From: the human T2T-CHM13v2.0 reference genome, Homo sapiens
DNA: 64,000 nt
Reading direction: 5' to 3' (one strand)
Assembly: GCF_009914755.1 (NCBI RefSeq)
Contig: NC_060947.1
In this document: positions 1 through 24,462 of the stretch, piece by piece
Layout of the letters: each line of letters begins with the position of its first letter
How positions within the stretch are numbered: the stretch's first letter is position 1
Made by a program: the position numbers and the translations under genes
Notes under the pieces: generated by a model
The model's input: only the letters and a program-made list of their open reading frames with translations
Told to the model about the DNA's origin: nothing
Databases searched by the model: none

Positions 1-1164
1 GTGCTACAAAAGGGATTATCGTCCTCAAAGAGAGGCTGGTTGGGAAAAAATTTGGAAGTTTCTTCATGAGTTAACATTCTGTACCTCACTAACCAGCTCA
101 TGGACATCTTATGATTTTACAGGCACTTCAACTGGAAGTGTTCTGCGATGCAGAGTAATTCAGTAATGAGTTGAAATTCCATGAAGGTGTTTGCCCAGGG
201 ACACACAGAATGCACTCCTTGGTAAAGTAAATATCAAATACCACACTTAATTTCATACCAGCCAGCTATTGCACAGTAGGGGCCCAAGTATAGCAGTAAA
301 ACAATAAATTTACCATTTTAGAATAATCAAACTGAAGAATGAAGGAGGTGAAATCTAAACTTATTTACAGGTCAACAAGTAAAGGGACAGGAAGAGATTT
401 AACCAAAGTTGACAACTCATGCTGGTAGAGCTATATAACTAAAGTCTCCTCTCAGTCCAAGACTGTTCCCATCACTCCAATGACTACCAAACCCCTGATG
501 TACTATGATCAATAATAATCTGGAATTGCCTCAAGAATAAACTTATCTTTAGGTTTTAATATATACCTAATTAATGTTAAATAAATCTACATTTAGTCAT
601 TAAAGTTTTCTCTGAAGAGTTAAGTGCCCCATCAGCCAAGTTTTGAGTTGGTGTGTTACACTACCACACATCTTCTTTAATTCACCACTATGCCCATTAA
701 CTTGATGATTCATTTCCTATTTAACTTCCTTTTAGCTAGAAATCAAAACAGCCCATCAAAATGCTGTAGTTATCTCCTGAATGTCAAAGGAGTCTTTCTT
801 AAACACAAGATCACATCTACTTTTCAATTTGAAAACAATTCTGTGTGCTGTTTCTTATCCAATACTATAAACATTGTTCTGTCAAATATCTTACTAACGT
901 GACTTTTCAGTTATCTTATTAATATGGCTTCTCTCTTCATAATGCATAGAAGACAGAATGCCTACAACCACTAATTCATTCCCTGGGTTCCTTTTTCTGG
1001 TGGAGAGTGAAAACTATTTCTCAAAAAAAGCTATGCTAAGATTGCTAATTGGGAGAGGTTATGCCCTTTCTGTCCACCTTGTGTTCATTATTTCAGTTAC
1101 AGCAAGCACTTTCTCAAGCACTTTCTTTCCCAGTACTTAGGTGGAAGAAAGGGAAGAAAACAAA

Positions 1165-1380
1165 CTCCCACTTACTGAGCATCTATTTGATAGGTTATTT
1201 ACATAATTTATTTTCTTAATCCTCAGAACAACTTGGCAAGGTATCTCGACCCTTTTTTTTACAGATGAGAAAACAGACTTGGGGAGAACAAGAAAGTGCT
1301 CCATGATTAGACAGCTGGAACAACCGGCAGAGAACGGACTGACCTCTTGGTCTGCCTGCCTGTAAAAGCCCTGTTCTCTG
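1165..1380 (-). mobile_element. MIR SINE
   Basis: cttactgagc...ttaatcctca...ttttacagatgagaaaacagac core. Confidence 0.7.
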
Positions 1381-1999
1381 GTGCAAACCCTGTTTGAAGG
1401 GGCAAAGATCCATGCCAACGCAGAGGCCTGTGTAGACAAAAGCTGCCTTATAATGAGCAGGACCCAGGCCCTAGTGTTTTTGCTTTAACCCACAAGCATC
1501 ATCTTGCTTCTCATTTTAAAATTTTATGGTCAAAAATTCTCTTTGGAGGCTTGGGAATTCAAATTCAGCAGCTTTAATCATGCTACTTACTGAAAATTTC
1601 TTCCTAATGGTATACATTATCCACCCATCACAACTCCCTTTGCACAAGCCAAGTTTGTGTAGATTACTACATGTAGTAAAATCATTTGGATAAGAACTGT
1701 GAGCTGAGAATTGGCCATTGTTTTTCTTCCCGGGGCAATTTTGTGATCCTTGGCATTGCTTAGAGGCGAAAGATCTGGGTGTGATCCTGGTAGAAAGCAC
1801 CAAAGCTTTTAGTGGATACATGAGACTGGTATAATAAAATTGAAAAATTTTATATACATGGCAGCTTTTCTCACAGAACATTTGCTGAATTCTGAGGTTG
1901 CACAAGACGCTGAAGAGGCAGGCCAAAATTTCAGAAAAGGAGAACAAAATATCCTGTAGCCTTGCAGTGCTTATGAAACACGGAGAAAAGAACTTCCTT

Positions 2000-4270
2000 A
2001 ATCATATAAAAAAATTTACAAAGTAAACCTACAACAAATTCCATTATTAATGGTGAAATATCAAAAGCTTTCCACTGAAATAAGAAACAAAACAAGGATA
2101 GCTGCTATTACCTCTTCTGTTCTACTCTAATTGAAGATGATATGAATTTGTATGCAGAAAATCTAAAAGAAATTGTAGACAAATGTTGGAATTAGTAAGT
2201 CAGTAGAAAAAGGCTTCCAGATACAAGGGCAATGTGTAAAACCAATCATATCTCTACATAGCTATAACAAATGTTATTTTATCCTTCTTTTGCCCTAATC
2301 CTCCTATATTGAAGAACAAATTCTCAAAATGGCATGAAAAATCATATCTCAAGGCATAGATCAAGCAAAAATATGTAAGACCTCGAAAGTGAAAAGGCCA
2401 AAACATTATTCAGAGGAATTACAGAATAAAATTAAGAGGAATATACTAATTTATGAATTAGAACATTCAGTATTATAAAGATTTTTTAAAACTCCACAAG
2501 TTTACTTATATATTCAATATGAAGCCAACCTGAGTAGATTTTTTTCTCAGAAAATGATAAGCGGATTATAAAATTTATCTAGAAATTTGAAAGGCCATGA
2601 ATAGTCAAGATAATCTTGAAAATAACAAGGCTGGATGACTTATATTACCAGATATCAAACCTATCATAAATATATAGTAATTAAGATAGAAGTGACATTT
2701 ATCATGAGAATGAAGTTTGGCCTAAACATATGTAAATCAATCATTGTTATTTACTGTGTCAACACACTAAAAAGAAAAATTATATAACTAGCCTAATAGA
2801 CAGAGAAAGAACAATTGAAAAATTCTGACGTTCCTGTTAAAAACTTTTAGCAAACTAGGAGTAGAAGAAAACTTCCCAAAATTGATAAATTTCATCTAGG
2901 AAAAACCTACACCTATCATCATATTTAATGTTGAAAGACTGAACCCTTTCTCCCTAAGATCAGGAACAAGACAATGGTGTCTGCTTTCACCATGTCTATT
3001 CAACATTATATGTGAAGTCTACTCAGTGCAATAAAGAAAGAAAAAAGAGCATCCATATTGCACAGGAAGAATTAAAATGGTCTTTCTTCCTATAGGACAT
3101 AATCATTTAAGCATATTATCTAATGAATCTACAAAAAAAGCTACTAGAAGTTTCACTTCTGATATGAAAACATGAAGAACTCTGCAGACCTGCTCCTCAG
3201 TGAAATGGAAATTTATTATCATTATTTTTCCTTTCTGTGAAGAATGGGGTCTGGCTACGTTGCCCAGCCTGTTCTCAAATTTCTGGGCTCAAGCTATCTT
3301 CATGCCTTTGCCTCCCTAAGTGCTTGGATTACAGGTGTGAGCCACTATGCCTGGTCTAAAATTTATTTTTGAAACAACGAAATAAAGTTTCTGAAAATGC
3401 TCCTATGGGCATACATAAAATCAAAAAAAAATTATTCAAGAAAAAATGTATTCAAGAAAATCTACTAAAACTGAGTAAGAAAGCAAGAGGTTAGAATATT
3501 TAAACCGAGAACCATTCCCACCCACCTGCCAGCTCAGTGAAACAGAAACTCTATTCTAGATGTGTGCAACCAAGAACACAGGGCTCTCTCTTCCCCCATC
3601 TCCCAGCTGAAGAGCTATCTTCCTGGGTAAGGCACGACGTCAGCATTTCTCATCCAGGAATAAGCTACCTGTTGCTGAGCTAAATTCTAAGCAACTTTGG
3701 CTGAGAGTTTCTTCCTTTCTTGCTCCCAGCCCTCACTTACGGCACGGAGACTCTAACTTGGGAATAGCACTGCTGAGAGTACTGTGGCCTCAAGTTCTCT
3801 TGATCTGGCTAATGGAGCAGTGGTCCATGCTCAAAAATGCAAGCTGAGGAGACCTGGGGCCACTGCCATCACCCCTCTACCAAGCACTCAGCAACTAACA
3901 TAGGGTCGTTCCTCAGAGAAAAGTGTGCCTTGTTCTCACCCCAAGAACTAGAACCATAGCTTAGAGATTTTGCCCAAGAGAGAAGCAGACCATAGAAGAG
4001 AGAGCATCAGATCGTTCCCCAAAGGAACTGACTTCATTTGCAACAAAGTATGGAGAAGTTCAAGCCTAGGGGTGCTCTCAAAAACAAGGGAGACTGTAGT
4101 GAAAGGCAATTAGGAGAAAACTGAAAGATACATTGGATGTACAGGCCAAACTGCAGACCAGCTAGTTTGCTGGAGAGAAACTGGGAAAAAGAAAGCTAGA
4201 AGGAGCCCTTCTGCAGTCAGAACAAATACCAAACAAATCTTTCACCTCTGCAACTATTAAAACCTTCAAA
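2000..4270 (+). mobile_element. Old L1M fragments (decayed ORF2 and 5'-region pieces) with a minus-strand Alu monomer at ~3240-3356
   Basis: ORF2-like tccctaagatcaggaacaagacaa...ctattcaacatt; A-rich sense bias; FLAM-like ttgcccagc...ggattacaggtgtgagccac. Confidence 0.7.
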
Positions 4271-4274
4271 GAAT

Positions 4275-4682
4275 TTTTTAAATTTTATTTTTATAGATTT
4301 AAGTGTACAAGTGCAGTTGTGTTACCTGGATATATTGCATAGTGGTGATGTCTGGGCTTTTACTATACCCACCACCTGAAACTTCAAAGATTCTTTTTTT
4401 TCAGAGACTGAGTCTCTTTCTGTTTACCCAGGCTGAAGTACAGTGGCACAGTTATGGCTCACTGCCTCTAATTCTTGAGCTCAAGCGATCCTGCTACCTC
4501 AGCCTCTCGAGGAGCTGGGACTACAGTTGCATGCTACCATGCCCAGCTAATCTTTTTATTGTTTTGTAGAGACAGGGTCTCACTATAATACCCAGGTTGC
4601 TCTTAAACTCCTAGCCTCAAGCGATCCTCCTGCCTTAACCTCCCAAAGTGTTGGGATTACAGGGGTAAGCCAGCATCCTGCC
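4275..4682 (-). mobile_element. Short L1PB-type 3' end (4275-4378) followed by AluJ (4394-4682)
   Basis: gtacaagtgcagttgtgttacctggatatattgcatagtggtga; dimeric Alu with J-type ctcaagcgatcc. Confidence 0.8.
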
Positions 4683-5724
4683 AATTTCAAAGTTTTTTGA
4701 AGTATATTTTCTTAATTTATTTAGCACAGAGGTCCAAGGAAAGGAACAAATATTGGTCCCCAAAAGGGCAGTTACTGAGACCTATGTTAAAAGATTTTTT
4801 CTATCCCACCCCACCACAGGCCTTTATTCTTTATATTCAATATCTCCCCCCCTTCATTTTTTGCTCCTGCCAATGACACTTATAGTCAAAACTTAGTTAT
4901 AACAATGGCTCCAGGAGAGTGATTTTAACACAGCCAATGACCAAGTTAATGCTAAGAAACTGTTCCTGCTTCAGCTCACAATGGCTCCACTTCTCCGTAT
5001 CACTCCTAATGAATATGTAGCTTGGATCGTGTACAATTTAAACCTGTTTCTTGTTCTAATGTCACAAAAATAAAATCCTTTTGGCAGCCAGACAAACATC
5101 TTCATTACCAACCATGGGTTTCCATACCTTGCTTGACAATCATCCCACCCATCCCATAAGTTTAAATGTATAATTTGTCAATGAGCAATGTTTTCCTAAG
5201 ACAACATACACATCTAGAAATACTTGCTGCCTTTATGTAAGTTTGGTGAAGTTTCTTAGTTCATTCAAAATTCAGTGAGACCAGAAAACAAGATGAGTAG
5301 AACTGAACCTTTCAGGAACAGCTAATTAATAAAGAGAAAAGCACTTTGCTGGCCTCCTAGAAAGACCCCAGTTTCGTAATTTGGAGTCTTCAGAAGGCTC
5401 TGCATTATAATTTCCAGAAGCTGGTTTCAGGAAGAGTTTTAAATATTATGCAGAAAATGATTTTAGGAGTCACAGAATAACATGTCTCAAAGGGGTCTCA
5501 AGTGGTCCCCCAATTCTATTTTAAACAGCTTCAAGAGGAAATCCATTGGCTACAAGAGACAAGTCAGAGTCATAGATGTCTTCTAATTCCCCTTCTAGAT
5601 GGATTCAGATTTGATTAATCCATCCATTAAAAAGATACAAGGAGAGAGAAACTGCAGGTTATGGTTGCAGAGTGTTTGGTCATGTGGATTCCCCCAAAGA
5701 TAACGCTCAGAATCAAGATAAAAT

Positions 5725-8189
<2,465 letters not shown>

Positions 8190-8194
8190 TAATT

Positions 8195-12070
<3,876 letters not shown>

Positions 12071-12379
12071 CTTTCTCTTCTTTCCATATTAATTGTTCCA
12101 ACCTCAAATCCAAAAAAAAAAAAAACAAAACGCAATTGCACCATTCTCCCTCCAGTCTTCCCTATTTTAGAAAATAGCACCACCCAGTGATACAAGCCAG
12201 GAACCTAGAAGTTATCCCTTTCTCCTCCTCTTTTTCTAACCCCATAATCTAAGCAGTCACCAAATTCTCTCCATTCACACAGTCATTATTTTCATCCTAG
12301 AAAATTGCAATTAATTTGTGACTGGTCTCTCCTCCTTCAATACCGCTCTACTCTAATCCATTATTTATATAAAAGCAGG

Positions 12380-13640
12380 CGTTACATAGCCTTAGTCCAA
12401 AATCAAAACACAATGAAAAAACTGCAAATATATATTTAACTTTACTTAATGTGTTTATTGTAGTACTATGGGTGTAGTAATTTCAAAATATTTTTGTATA
12501 TTGTAGGATTAAACAAATGGGTACATGTATCAATTAAAAGTACTTGTTGGACTGCAATTAGTAGTATCAGTGTAAACTTATTGCCATACATGCACACACA
12601 CATACATATACATATATACAATACATCTGTGTGTGTATATGTGTGAGTGTGTGTGCATTTGCTATTTTCCCAGTTCTATCTACTGAAAAATCCTGGAAGC
12701 AATGAGATCCTAGCAGTAATGAGGACACCTAGCAGCCAGAAATTTGATTCTAAATGTAATTTCCCAAAAAAGGTACCACTTATTCTTGGAAAAATGACTA
12801 ATTCCAAGGCTGGATTATGAAAGTACAAAATAAGTCTGGAATATACTGTCATGCCATATAATAAGAAAGTACTCAAAAAATGAGAGCATATCAAAAGGAA
12901 ACAGAAGCCAAATGGAATAGGCTTCCACTTAGGGAATATGGGAAATTATTAGCAAAAATTTTAATCAAAATAGTCTATTGAAATGAATGATATTAATGGA
13001 CTGTAATCCACCGAATAAAGCAAAAATCCATTCATACTGACATTAGCTAATTAATTAAAGAGAAAGAGATTTTTTCTTACAATAGAATGTCATTTAGTAA
13101 GTGTAGAATAATAATCGCTTTAGAAAATCACCATTTTGCCACCATAATTGTTATTAGTCTCACAGGGATAATCTATAGTTGTTAAGACTATTGGGTGTAA
13201 GCTGGAAAAGGCATAAAATAGTGTCAGAACATCTCTCCACAAATTACGTATTAATTATAAACTTTTAAAATAGTAATTTTAGAGTGCAGCAACCTGGTAA
13301 ACATCTACATTAACATTACCAGTAATGGAGCAAACAGACTTCAAGTCCCTTCTTGAGCAATGTGCTGATAAAGACATAATTAACTCCTATGGTGTTACTT
13401 TGAAAATAAATATGGAAGATTTAATCAATGTCATGAAAGACAAAGAAATGCTGAGTGTAGGCTAAACAGACACAACAATAAATGTAATGCATAATCCTAG
13501 ATTGAATCCTAAATCAATGAAAATTTCTATAAAGTACATTTTGGGGATAATTGGAAAAATTTGAATATGGACTACAGATTACAAAAGAGCATTAGATTAC
13601 ATTTTGTGAATTTATAATAACCCGTGATATATTATAATAT
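12380..13640 (+). mobile_element. Old L1MC/L1MD-type 3' end
   Basis: acaataaatgtaatgcataatcctagattgaatcct...ttggaaaaatttgaatatggact terminal motif; internal (CA)/(TG) microsatellite at ~12590-12656. Confidence 0.65.
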
Positions 13641-13861
13641 ATTTACCTTATTGTGATCATATTGCTGATTATACTAAACTGATGGCCAACTAAGATCTCA
13701 CATAGCCAGTAGATTATTCCTTTTTGGAGTGTCAGGCTGATATATGCTCAGGGTTTTGAAAACAAAGGCATGTTTCTCAGCTTTTCCTGGACCACACCAG
13801 TCACCCAGGCAGGTATTGGTATTCTGTTACTAGAAATGGGCATTGTCTAACCTTGAGGGAG

Positions 13862-14009
13862 AGATGCTCCTCAACTTACAAGACCCCATCCCAATAAACC
13901 CATCATAAGTTGGAAATATAGTAAGTCTAAATCCATTGGGCTATGTCCCATAAACCCATCATAAAGACAAAAATCATACGTCAAACCATTGTGAGTCATG
14001 GAACATCTG
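13862..14009 (+). mobile_element. Short Tigger-family non-autonomous DNA transposon (MER47/Tigger5-like)
   Basis: Termini agatgctcctcaacttac ... gtgagtcatggaacatctg form imperfect TIRs. Confidence 0.65.
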
Positions 14010-14233
14010 TGTATTACTCCATATGCACCTAGCAAAAACCTAGAATCTTCTGAAGCCAGACCAGAGAAATCACCTACTGAAATGAAGGATTATGACTAAT
14101 TTTTAGTGCTCATAGGGAAGAAATTCAGCTTTACACTAATCTCATTGGCCAATAGACTACTGAAGGCACCTTATAACTGTTTTTAGATAACAATGGCCAA
14201 GAAGAAGATCTGAAAAGGACTTCAAAGATCTTA

Positions 14234-14404
<171 letters not shown>

Positions 14405-14875
14405 TTAATAGGAAAAAAAATACATGACTAGATATCGTAATTCAAGATTTCAATTAATAGACTGGGCCAATTACATAGACCTATATCTTATCCAAAATAG
14501 CAATCACTACATATTTGTCACAATGATTGCTTGTGTAGGAGGCAGACAGTGTGGTTAATACTCGAACTCTTACTCTAGCATTGGTATGAGCTTTGCCAGG
14601 CATATATCCTGGCCCCAACCCAGCAGTAAAGAGACACAAGTAGAAATTCTGGACAGAATGTCACTGAGAACATTTCCCGGCATACAGTTGGTTCATCAAA
14701 TTGTGTTGCATGATTAAACAGGCATCAAAATAAAGAAGGGAAATGTTACTGAGAACTTACCTCACTTCTAGCCCAGAGAAATTTAAGTTCACAGAAAAAC
14801 AGGGTTAGACAGATCCTTAAATTGTACATAGTCTACTTCTACCCTCATCCTATGGGGAAAGGGAAAACTATTTGC

Positions 14876-16296
14876 TGAATATCAAGAACATACACTGGAA
14901 AAAAAGACAGTCTTTTCAATAAACGGTGCTGGGAAAACTGGATATCCATATGCAGAAGACTGAAACTAGACCCCTATCTCTTGCAATATACAAAAATCAC
15001 ATCAAAATGGATTAAAAGACTGAAATCCAAGACTTCACACTATAAGACTACTACAAGAAAACTTTGGGGAACATCTCCAGGACATCAGTCTGGGCAAAAA
15101 TTTCTTGAGCAATACCCTACAAGCACAGGCAACCAAAGCAAAAATGGACAAATGGGATCACATCAAATTACAAAGCTTCTTCACAGCAAAGGAAGCAATC
15201 AACAAAGTGAAGGGACAACCTACAGAATGGGAGAAAATATTTGCAAACTATCCATCTGACAAAGAATTAATAACCAGAATAGATAAAGAGCTCAAACAAC
15301 TCTGTAGGAAAAAGTATAATAATCCAATTAAAAATGGGCAGAATATTTGAATAGACATTTCTCAAAAGAAGACATACAAATGACAAACAGGCATATGAAA
15401 AGGTGCTTAATATCACTGATCATCAGAGAAATGCAAATCACAACTACAATAACATATCATCTCACCCCAGATGAAATGGCTTACATCCAAAAGACAGGAA
15501 ATAACAAATGCTGATGAGAATGTAGAGGAAAGGGAACCCTCGTACACTGTTGGTGGGAATGTAAATTAGTACAACCACTATGGAGAAGAGTTTGGTGGTT
15601 CCTCAAAATATTAAAAATAGAGCTACCATATGATCCAGCAATCCCACTGCTGGGTATATACCCCAAAGAAAGGAAATCAGTATATCAAAGAGATATCCGC
15701 ACACCCATGTTTGTCACAGGACTGTTCACAATCGGTAAGATTTGGAAGCAACCTAAATATCCATAGTAGATGATTGGATAAAGAAAATATGATACACGTA
15801 CACACTGGAGTACTATTCAGTCATAAAAATAATGAGATCCTGTCATTTGCAAAACATGGATGAAACTGGAGATCATTATGCTAAGTGAAATAAGCCAGGC
15901 ACAAAAAGACAAAAATTGCATGCTGTCATTTATTTGTGGGAGCTAAAAATTAAAACAATTGAACTCATGGAGATAGAGAGTAGAAGCATTGTTACTAGAG
16001 GTTGGGAAGGATAGTGGAGTGGTTGAGGGAAAGTGGGGATGGTTAATGTGTATAAAATAATAAAAAGAATGAAACCTAGTATTTGATAGCACAAAGGGTG
16101 ACATCAGTAGTAATAATTTAATTGTACATTTTAAAATAACTAATTGGATTGTTTTTAACACAAAGGATAAATGTTTGAGGGGATGGATACCACATTCTCC
16201 ATGATGTGATTATTTCATATTGCATGCCTGTATCAAAACATCTCACGCACCCCATAAATATATATACCTATGATGTACCCACAAAAATGAAAAATT
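14876..16296 (+). mobile_element. L1MA1/2-type 5'-truncated element
   Basis: ORF2 C-terminal remnants (KMDKWDHIKLQSF) and 3'UTR ending tgtacccacaaaaatgaaaaatt. Confidence 0.88.
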
Positions 16297-16464
16297 AAAC
16301 AATTCTTTAAAATCCTGAATAGAAGGCCAATACACTGTGCTTGCTTTCTTACTGAAATACTAGCTTCCATGAGAATGCATTTCCATTTCCTCCTGGTGAC
16401 TGTTGATATCTTAGCATCATTCTTCATCAAAAAGTTGAAAACTTTTAAGTCAAAAAGCAATGCT

Positions 16465-16685
16465 AGTTTGTGACCAGTCTGGACAATATGGCGAAATCCT
16501 GCCTCTACAAAAACACAAAAATTAGCTAGGCATGGTGGCACACCTGTAGTCCCATTTACTGGGGAGGCTGAGGTTGGAGGATTACTTGAGCCTGGGAAGC
16601 GGAGGTTGCAGTGAGCTGAGATCATGCTACTGCATGGGCAACAGAGCAAGACCCTGTCTAAAATAAATAAATAAATAAATAAAAA
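16465..16685 (+). mobile_element. 5'-truncated Alu
   Basis: Right arm with (AAAT)n tail; TSD aaaaa(g/t)caatgcta. Confidence 0.88.
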
Positions 16686-17277
16686 TCAATGCTAAATATC
16701 ACCCCCAAATTATTTTCAATATATTGTTCTATGGTTTTATTCTTTATTACTGATTTTTTTTCTCCTAATGTGCACTAAATTATTGTGTGGGGAAGCAGAT
16801 TTAATCTGCGACCTAAGTAGAACTCTTTCTTATTCAGTAACTAAACTGCAACGTGATCCTATAGTTTGAATTCAAAGGTAGTTTGGGGAAAAAAGGAATC
16901 ATGGCATGTCAGAATTATGGAGAAGCTTAGATATTGTATAATTCTCTCCCTTCATTTTACACATGAGACACCTAAGACACCAACACCAAAGAGAGAAATG
17001 AATTGCTTGATGCTATGTGTTTATCAACTTAATGAGAGCAACACTAAAACATGTCCATTGCACCTCATATTTGCCACTACTGGTTAGATAAAATATGATA
17101 ATAATAATAATTCATCATTGAAAAATGAAAATGACGTTACTAATACACTATCTGAAGGTTATGCCAAGTTTAGTCATTTTCCTAGCCCTAAAGATGGATC
17201 AGTGGTAAATTCACAGGACCAGAATCAAATGACTAGAATTTAGTTCTGTCTCTGCCACTAACTGACTGTGAGACCTA

Positions 17278-20926
<3,649 letters not shown>

Positions 20927-22839
20927 TATTTCCATATATGTAAAATGGGGATAACAATAACCTACATTAGAAAACTTTTGAAATAAATAGGTAAATAAGA
21001 TAATAAATACAAAATTGTTTTATAAATGAAGGTTGTTCATTAACTTCCCCCCAAACTCCTGAAAATGCAATGAAAAACCTTTACAATACATTATCTTTTA
21101 GGCAATGGGAGAAAGTCAAGATCACTGACCATCTAGAGCATCCTCAATGAAGCTGTCAAACTCATGCTGTCACTGCCAGCATCCTTCATTGAGGATCCTG
21201 GTGTGTTTATGTTAAGGGAAAGCAGGAGAGGCACAAATGTGGAGTTGCTGACGCAGTTCATACAACATCCCAAAGAGGAAAGATACTTACTTCATTAAAA
21301 GGATGGCATTTTTCCTAAACCACATATTTCCTGGGAGAGAGCAGATTTTTTTAAATAATAAAAATTCGGAATTACTGAGCATATTATGTCTCTGCATCGC
21401 TCACAAACCTTTCATAACTCTTCATAGCTAACCAAATAAAATTCCAATGCCTAAGCCTGACAATCATGGCCTTCTGCAATCTGTTCCTGATATACTTTTA
21501 CAGTTGCAAATTCTACTACTTCTCTTTCTGACCACCAATCACAGGCAAATCAGATTACTCACCATTTCCAAATATTCCTCATGTTTTCATTTTTCAAGTC
21601 CAGTCTTTCCTATAAGTGGAAATGTTCAACTAAAGATTCAGCACTAAGGATGCCAGTTATATACTAGGGAGGAAATGAGAAACACCTAGAATTCAATAGC
21701 ACACTTTCTCTTTACAGAAGCTGCTTGAAGAAAAAAAAAAAGAAGAAGAACTAACCTGATTTTGGCTAGAATACGCCAAATCCATCTGAAAAAGACAGCT
21801 GTTCTTTTCTGAAATAGCTTATATGGACTGGTAATAAAACTACAGAGGTACTGACTTGAGACACACCTACCCACTTGGTAAAATAAAGACCAAGTCCTTC
21901 ATGCCTTCTTAGTAACTAAAAGCCACTGCTTCACAAAAAAGAGAAATATTTAATTAGTATATGTTGTGAATGATAAAATAAGCTAGTAGACATATGATTC
22001 CATGTGACCATAAGCAGACATATCGCAATTTAAAATGTGTCATGAACCAAAGTTTGCAAAGAAGCAGGGGTACATTCTTCCTTTGAAACAATGCCATAAA
22101 GGGTAGCTAGTTTTCTAGACAAGAGTAAGCAATACTGTTTCTCATGGTTAATCTGAATGACTGTAACCATAGTGCCAATGCATGAGCACTATTTTGGCAA
22201 CGTTTCTGGTTAAGCAGGTATTAATAGGCCAACCTGAGAACCATTTATAACACTGTTTATGTGGAAAGACATTTTTTGACACAAAAGAAAAGAAAACTAA
22301 AGTACTAAAAATATTATCTCCCCTACTATTATTTGTTCTTTACCCCCACACCCACAGCCATGATCAAAGCAATGAGCTGGCCATCAGCTCAAAGACTTTG
22401 AATTAATCCTGATGGTTGATATCCTTACAATGGCGAGTCCCGACAGTCATCACCCTAAGCAAGTGATAAAATTCAGTATCAGCCATACTGAGACAACCTT
22501 GCCTCCTGACATAACGCAACAGGAAGCCACAACATCACCTACAAAGTATCATTGATTGTGGCCTCACATGTCCATCCCTGTTCTGTGTTACAAATTCTGC
22601 ACTTCCACCTCAAAAGGGAAAATGGTAGGATAAAATTACATTTCTTATTTCTCCAGGTCCTATAAGAAAAATGCACTTGCCACATCTGAACATGGTCTAC
22701 CCAGCTATGTGGCTGAGATATTAAGAATTCAGTGGTTGAGAGGTTACTATATGTAAGTAAATATTCAGGTATGTAAAAGAAATTGACATGTGCCTCATTC
22801 TTACTTAAAAGTAACCAAACTCAGGAAAAGCAATATATC

Positions 22840-23060
22840 ATAATGATTAATAGCATGGACTCTGGAACCAAACTTTCTGGGTTTCAATCCTAACTCTTCT
22901 ATTTTCTAGCTGTGTGAGCTTTGGCAAGTTACCTGACCTCTCTCTGTCTCCATATTTTATCTGCAAAGGAATAATAACATCACTTAGCTATCAGGTCTGT
23001 TATAAGGATTATATTAATCAACATATATTAATAACTTAGAATAGAGCTTGGTATATAGGA
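22840..23060 (+). mobile_element. MIR SINE
   Basis: gcatggactctggaacca...ctagctgtgtgagctttggcaagttacctgacctctc. Confidence 0.8.
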
Positions 23061-23919
23061 CTCTATGAATATAAAGTTTAAACTAACATAATGGAATAAG
23101 TAAGACTAAGGAATCGAATCTCAAAAAAATGGCTTAATTAGATAACAAGGGAGAGTGTCCAGTTTGAAGCAATGTCTGGAAAACCATATTATGCCAAGAG
23201 AATATTTGAAAGGAATGAGAGTTAGCCTGCAGACAAGAAAGCATGGAGTATATCTGAAAGCCACTATGTGGAAAAAGAAGCAAATGTTGCAAATGTTACA
23301 GGGCCCTATAACTAGGAGGTGTTTGAAGAAGGTGGACTTCAGCTCAATATAGGAAGCACTTTCTAACCCCTGGAGCTATGCCCTGTGGTACTAATGCAGC
23401 TTATCACTGCAGAGATTCAAACTGGTAGGTGAATCATCAACCATAAAGCAGGAGGGATTCTTTCCCAGGATAGGAGCCTAGGAACTGACAGCCTCTCAGG
23501 TCCCAAGTCTGGTTCTGAAATTTTAAGATTTGATGGTCAAATGCTAAGAGTATTGATGCATTGATTCTTTAATAGAAATTACATGTAAATGGAAGGGTTT
23601 GGACTTTTCATACTTATATTCCAAGTAAAAGTAAGTACATGTGTGGCCACAGGTGACAGTTTATTCTGAGATTAAGAGAACTGAGAAAATCATTTTCAAG
23701 ATGAATACAGATGCTTACAAGCACTGACACCTTTAGATAGTAGAACCAAGTCAGGCTGTAGATATGACAAGGAGACAAGCAACTCCCCAGCAGTCTCCTC
23801 TTCAGTTCACTGCATCAGTTGTCACCATGGCCACCACCATATGATGTTGATGCAGAAAATGTGTTAATATAGTGTCATATTCCTCCCAAATCATAGTCCC
23901 TACTCTATTAGTAGTGTGG

Positions 23920-24335
23920 AAATATGCGGCCTTGTGTGCAGCATATTTCGTTTGCCTTTTCACTATTCTCCACCCCGTTCTCCTTTCTAGAAGGCTAATT
24001 TTTATGCACTACATTATGGGCGCCATTGGCCTATTGCTTCAACTTGAGTTTGGCCACCTTGGCTGAAGATCAGAGGAAGACGAAAAGACTGGGCATGTAA
24101 CTCCCTGGCTCTCTCCCTGTGAAATCTTCTCAGGCTGGCTGTTTCCTCCACCAAAAATCTGCACCTCTGAAGAAAGCTTGATTTACATGATATGTGTGCT
24201 GTTCACCTTAGGTTCTTACTCTATTCCTTGCGGTTTCCCTCCACTTAGATCATAACTTTATGATTAGTCTCTGCAAATATATCCTCCTCAAATAATTGAA
24301 ATGTCCCATCTGTATTCTCTGGGATCCTGACAAAT
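23920..24335 (+). mobile_element. Old ERVL-type solo LTR (LTR33-like)
   Basis: Recognised loosely from ctattctccacccc...tgagtttggcca...ctctgggatcctgac. Confidence 0.45.
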
Positions 24336-24380
24336 TCAACAAATTGCAGTCAGACCTGGCATTTGCTGCTTAGGCACTTA

Positions 24381-24462
24381 CGTGTTGACCCATTATGAAA
24401 ATTGCTGATATTCAATCGTTCTGACCTAGCAAAATGTCAGTTTCAAAATGGTTCAACTTGAC
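24381..24462. mobile_element. MADE2 mariner MITE (palindromic)
   Basis: gttgacccattatgaaaattgc ... cagtttcaaaatggttcaac inverted repeat of ~80 bp. Confidence 0.7.

Noticed and set aside
690-1947. Short ORFs at the window start, and the many Alu-derived ORFs elsewhere
   Set aside because: They show no recognisable domains or splice-consistent exons, and are typical chance or repeat-derived ORFs in intronic DNA.
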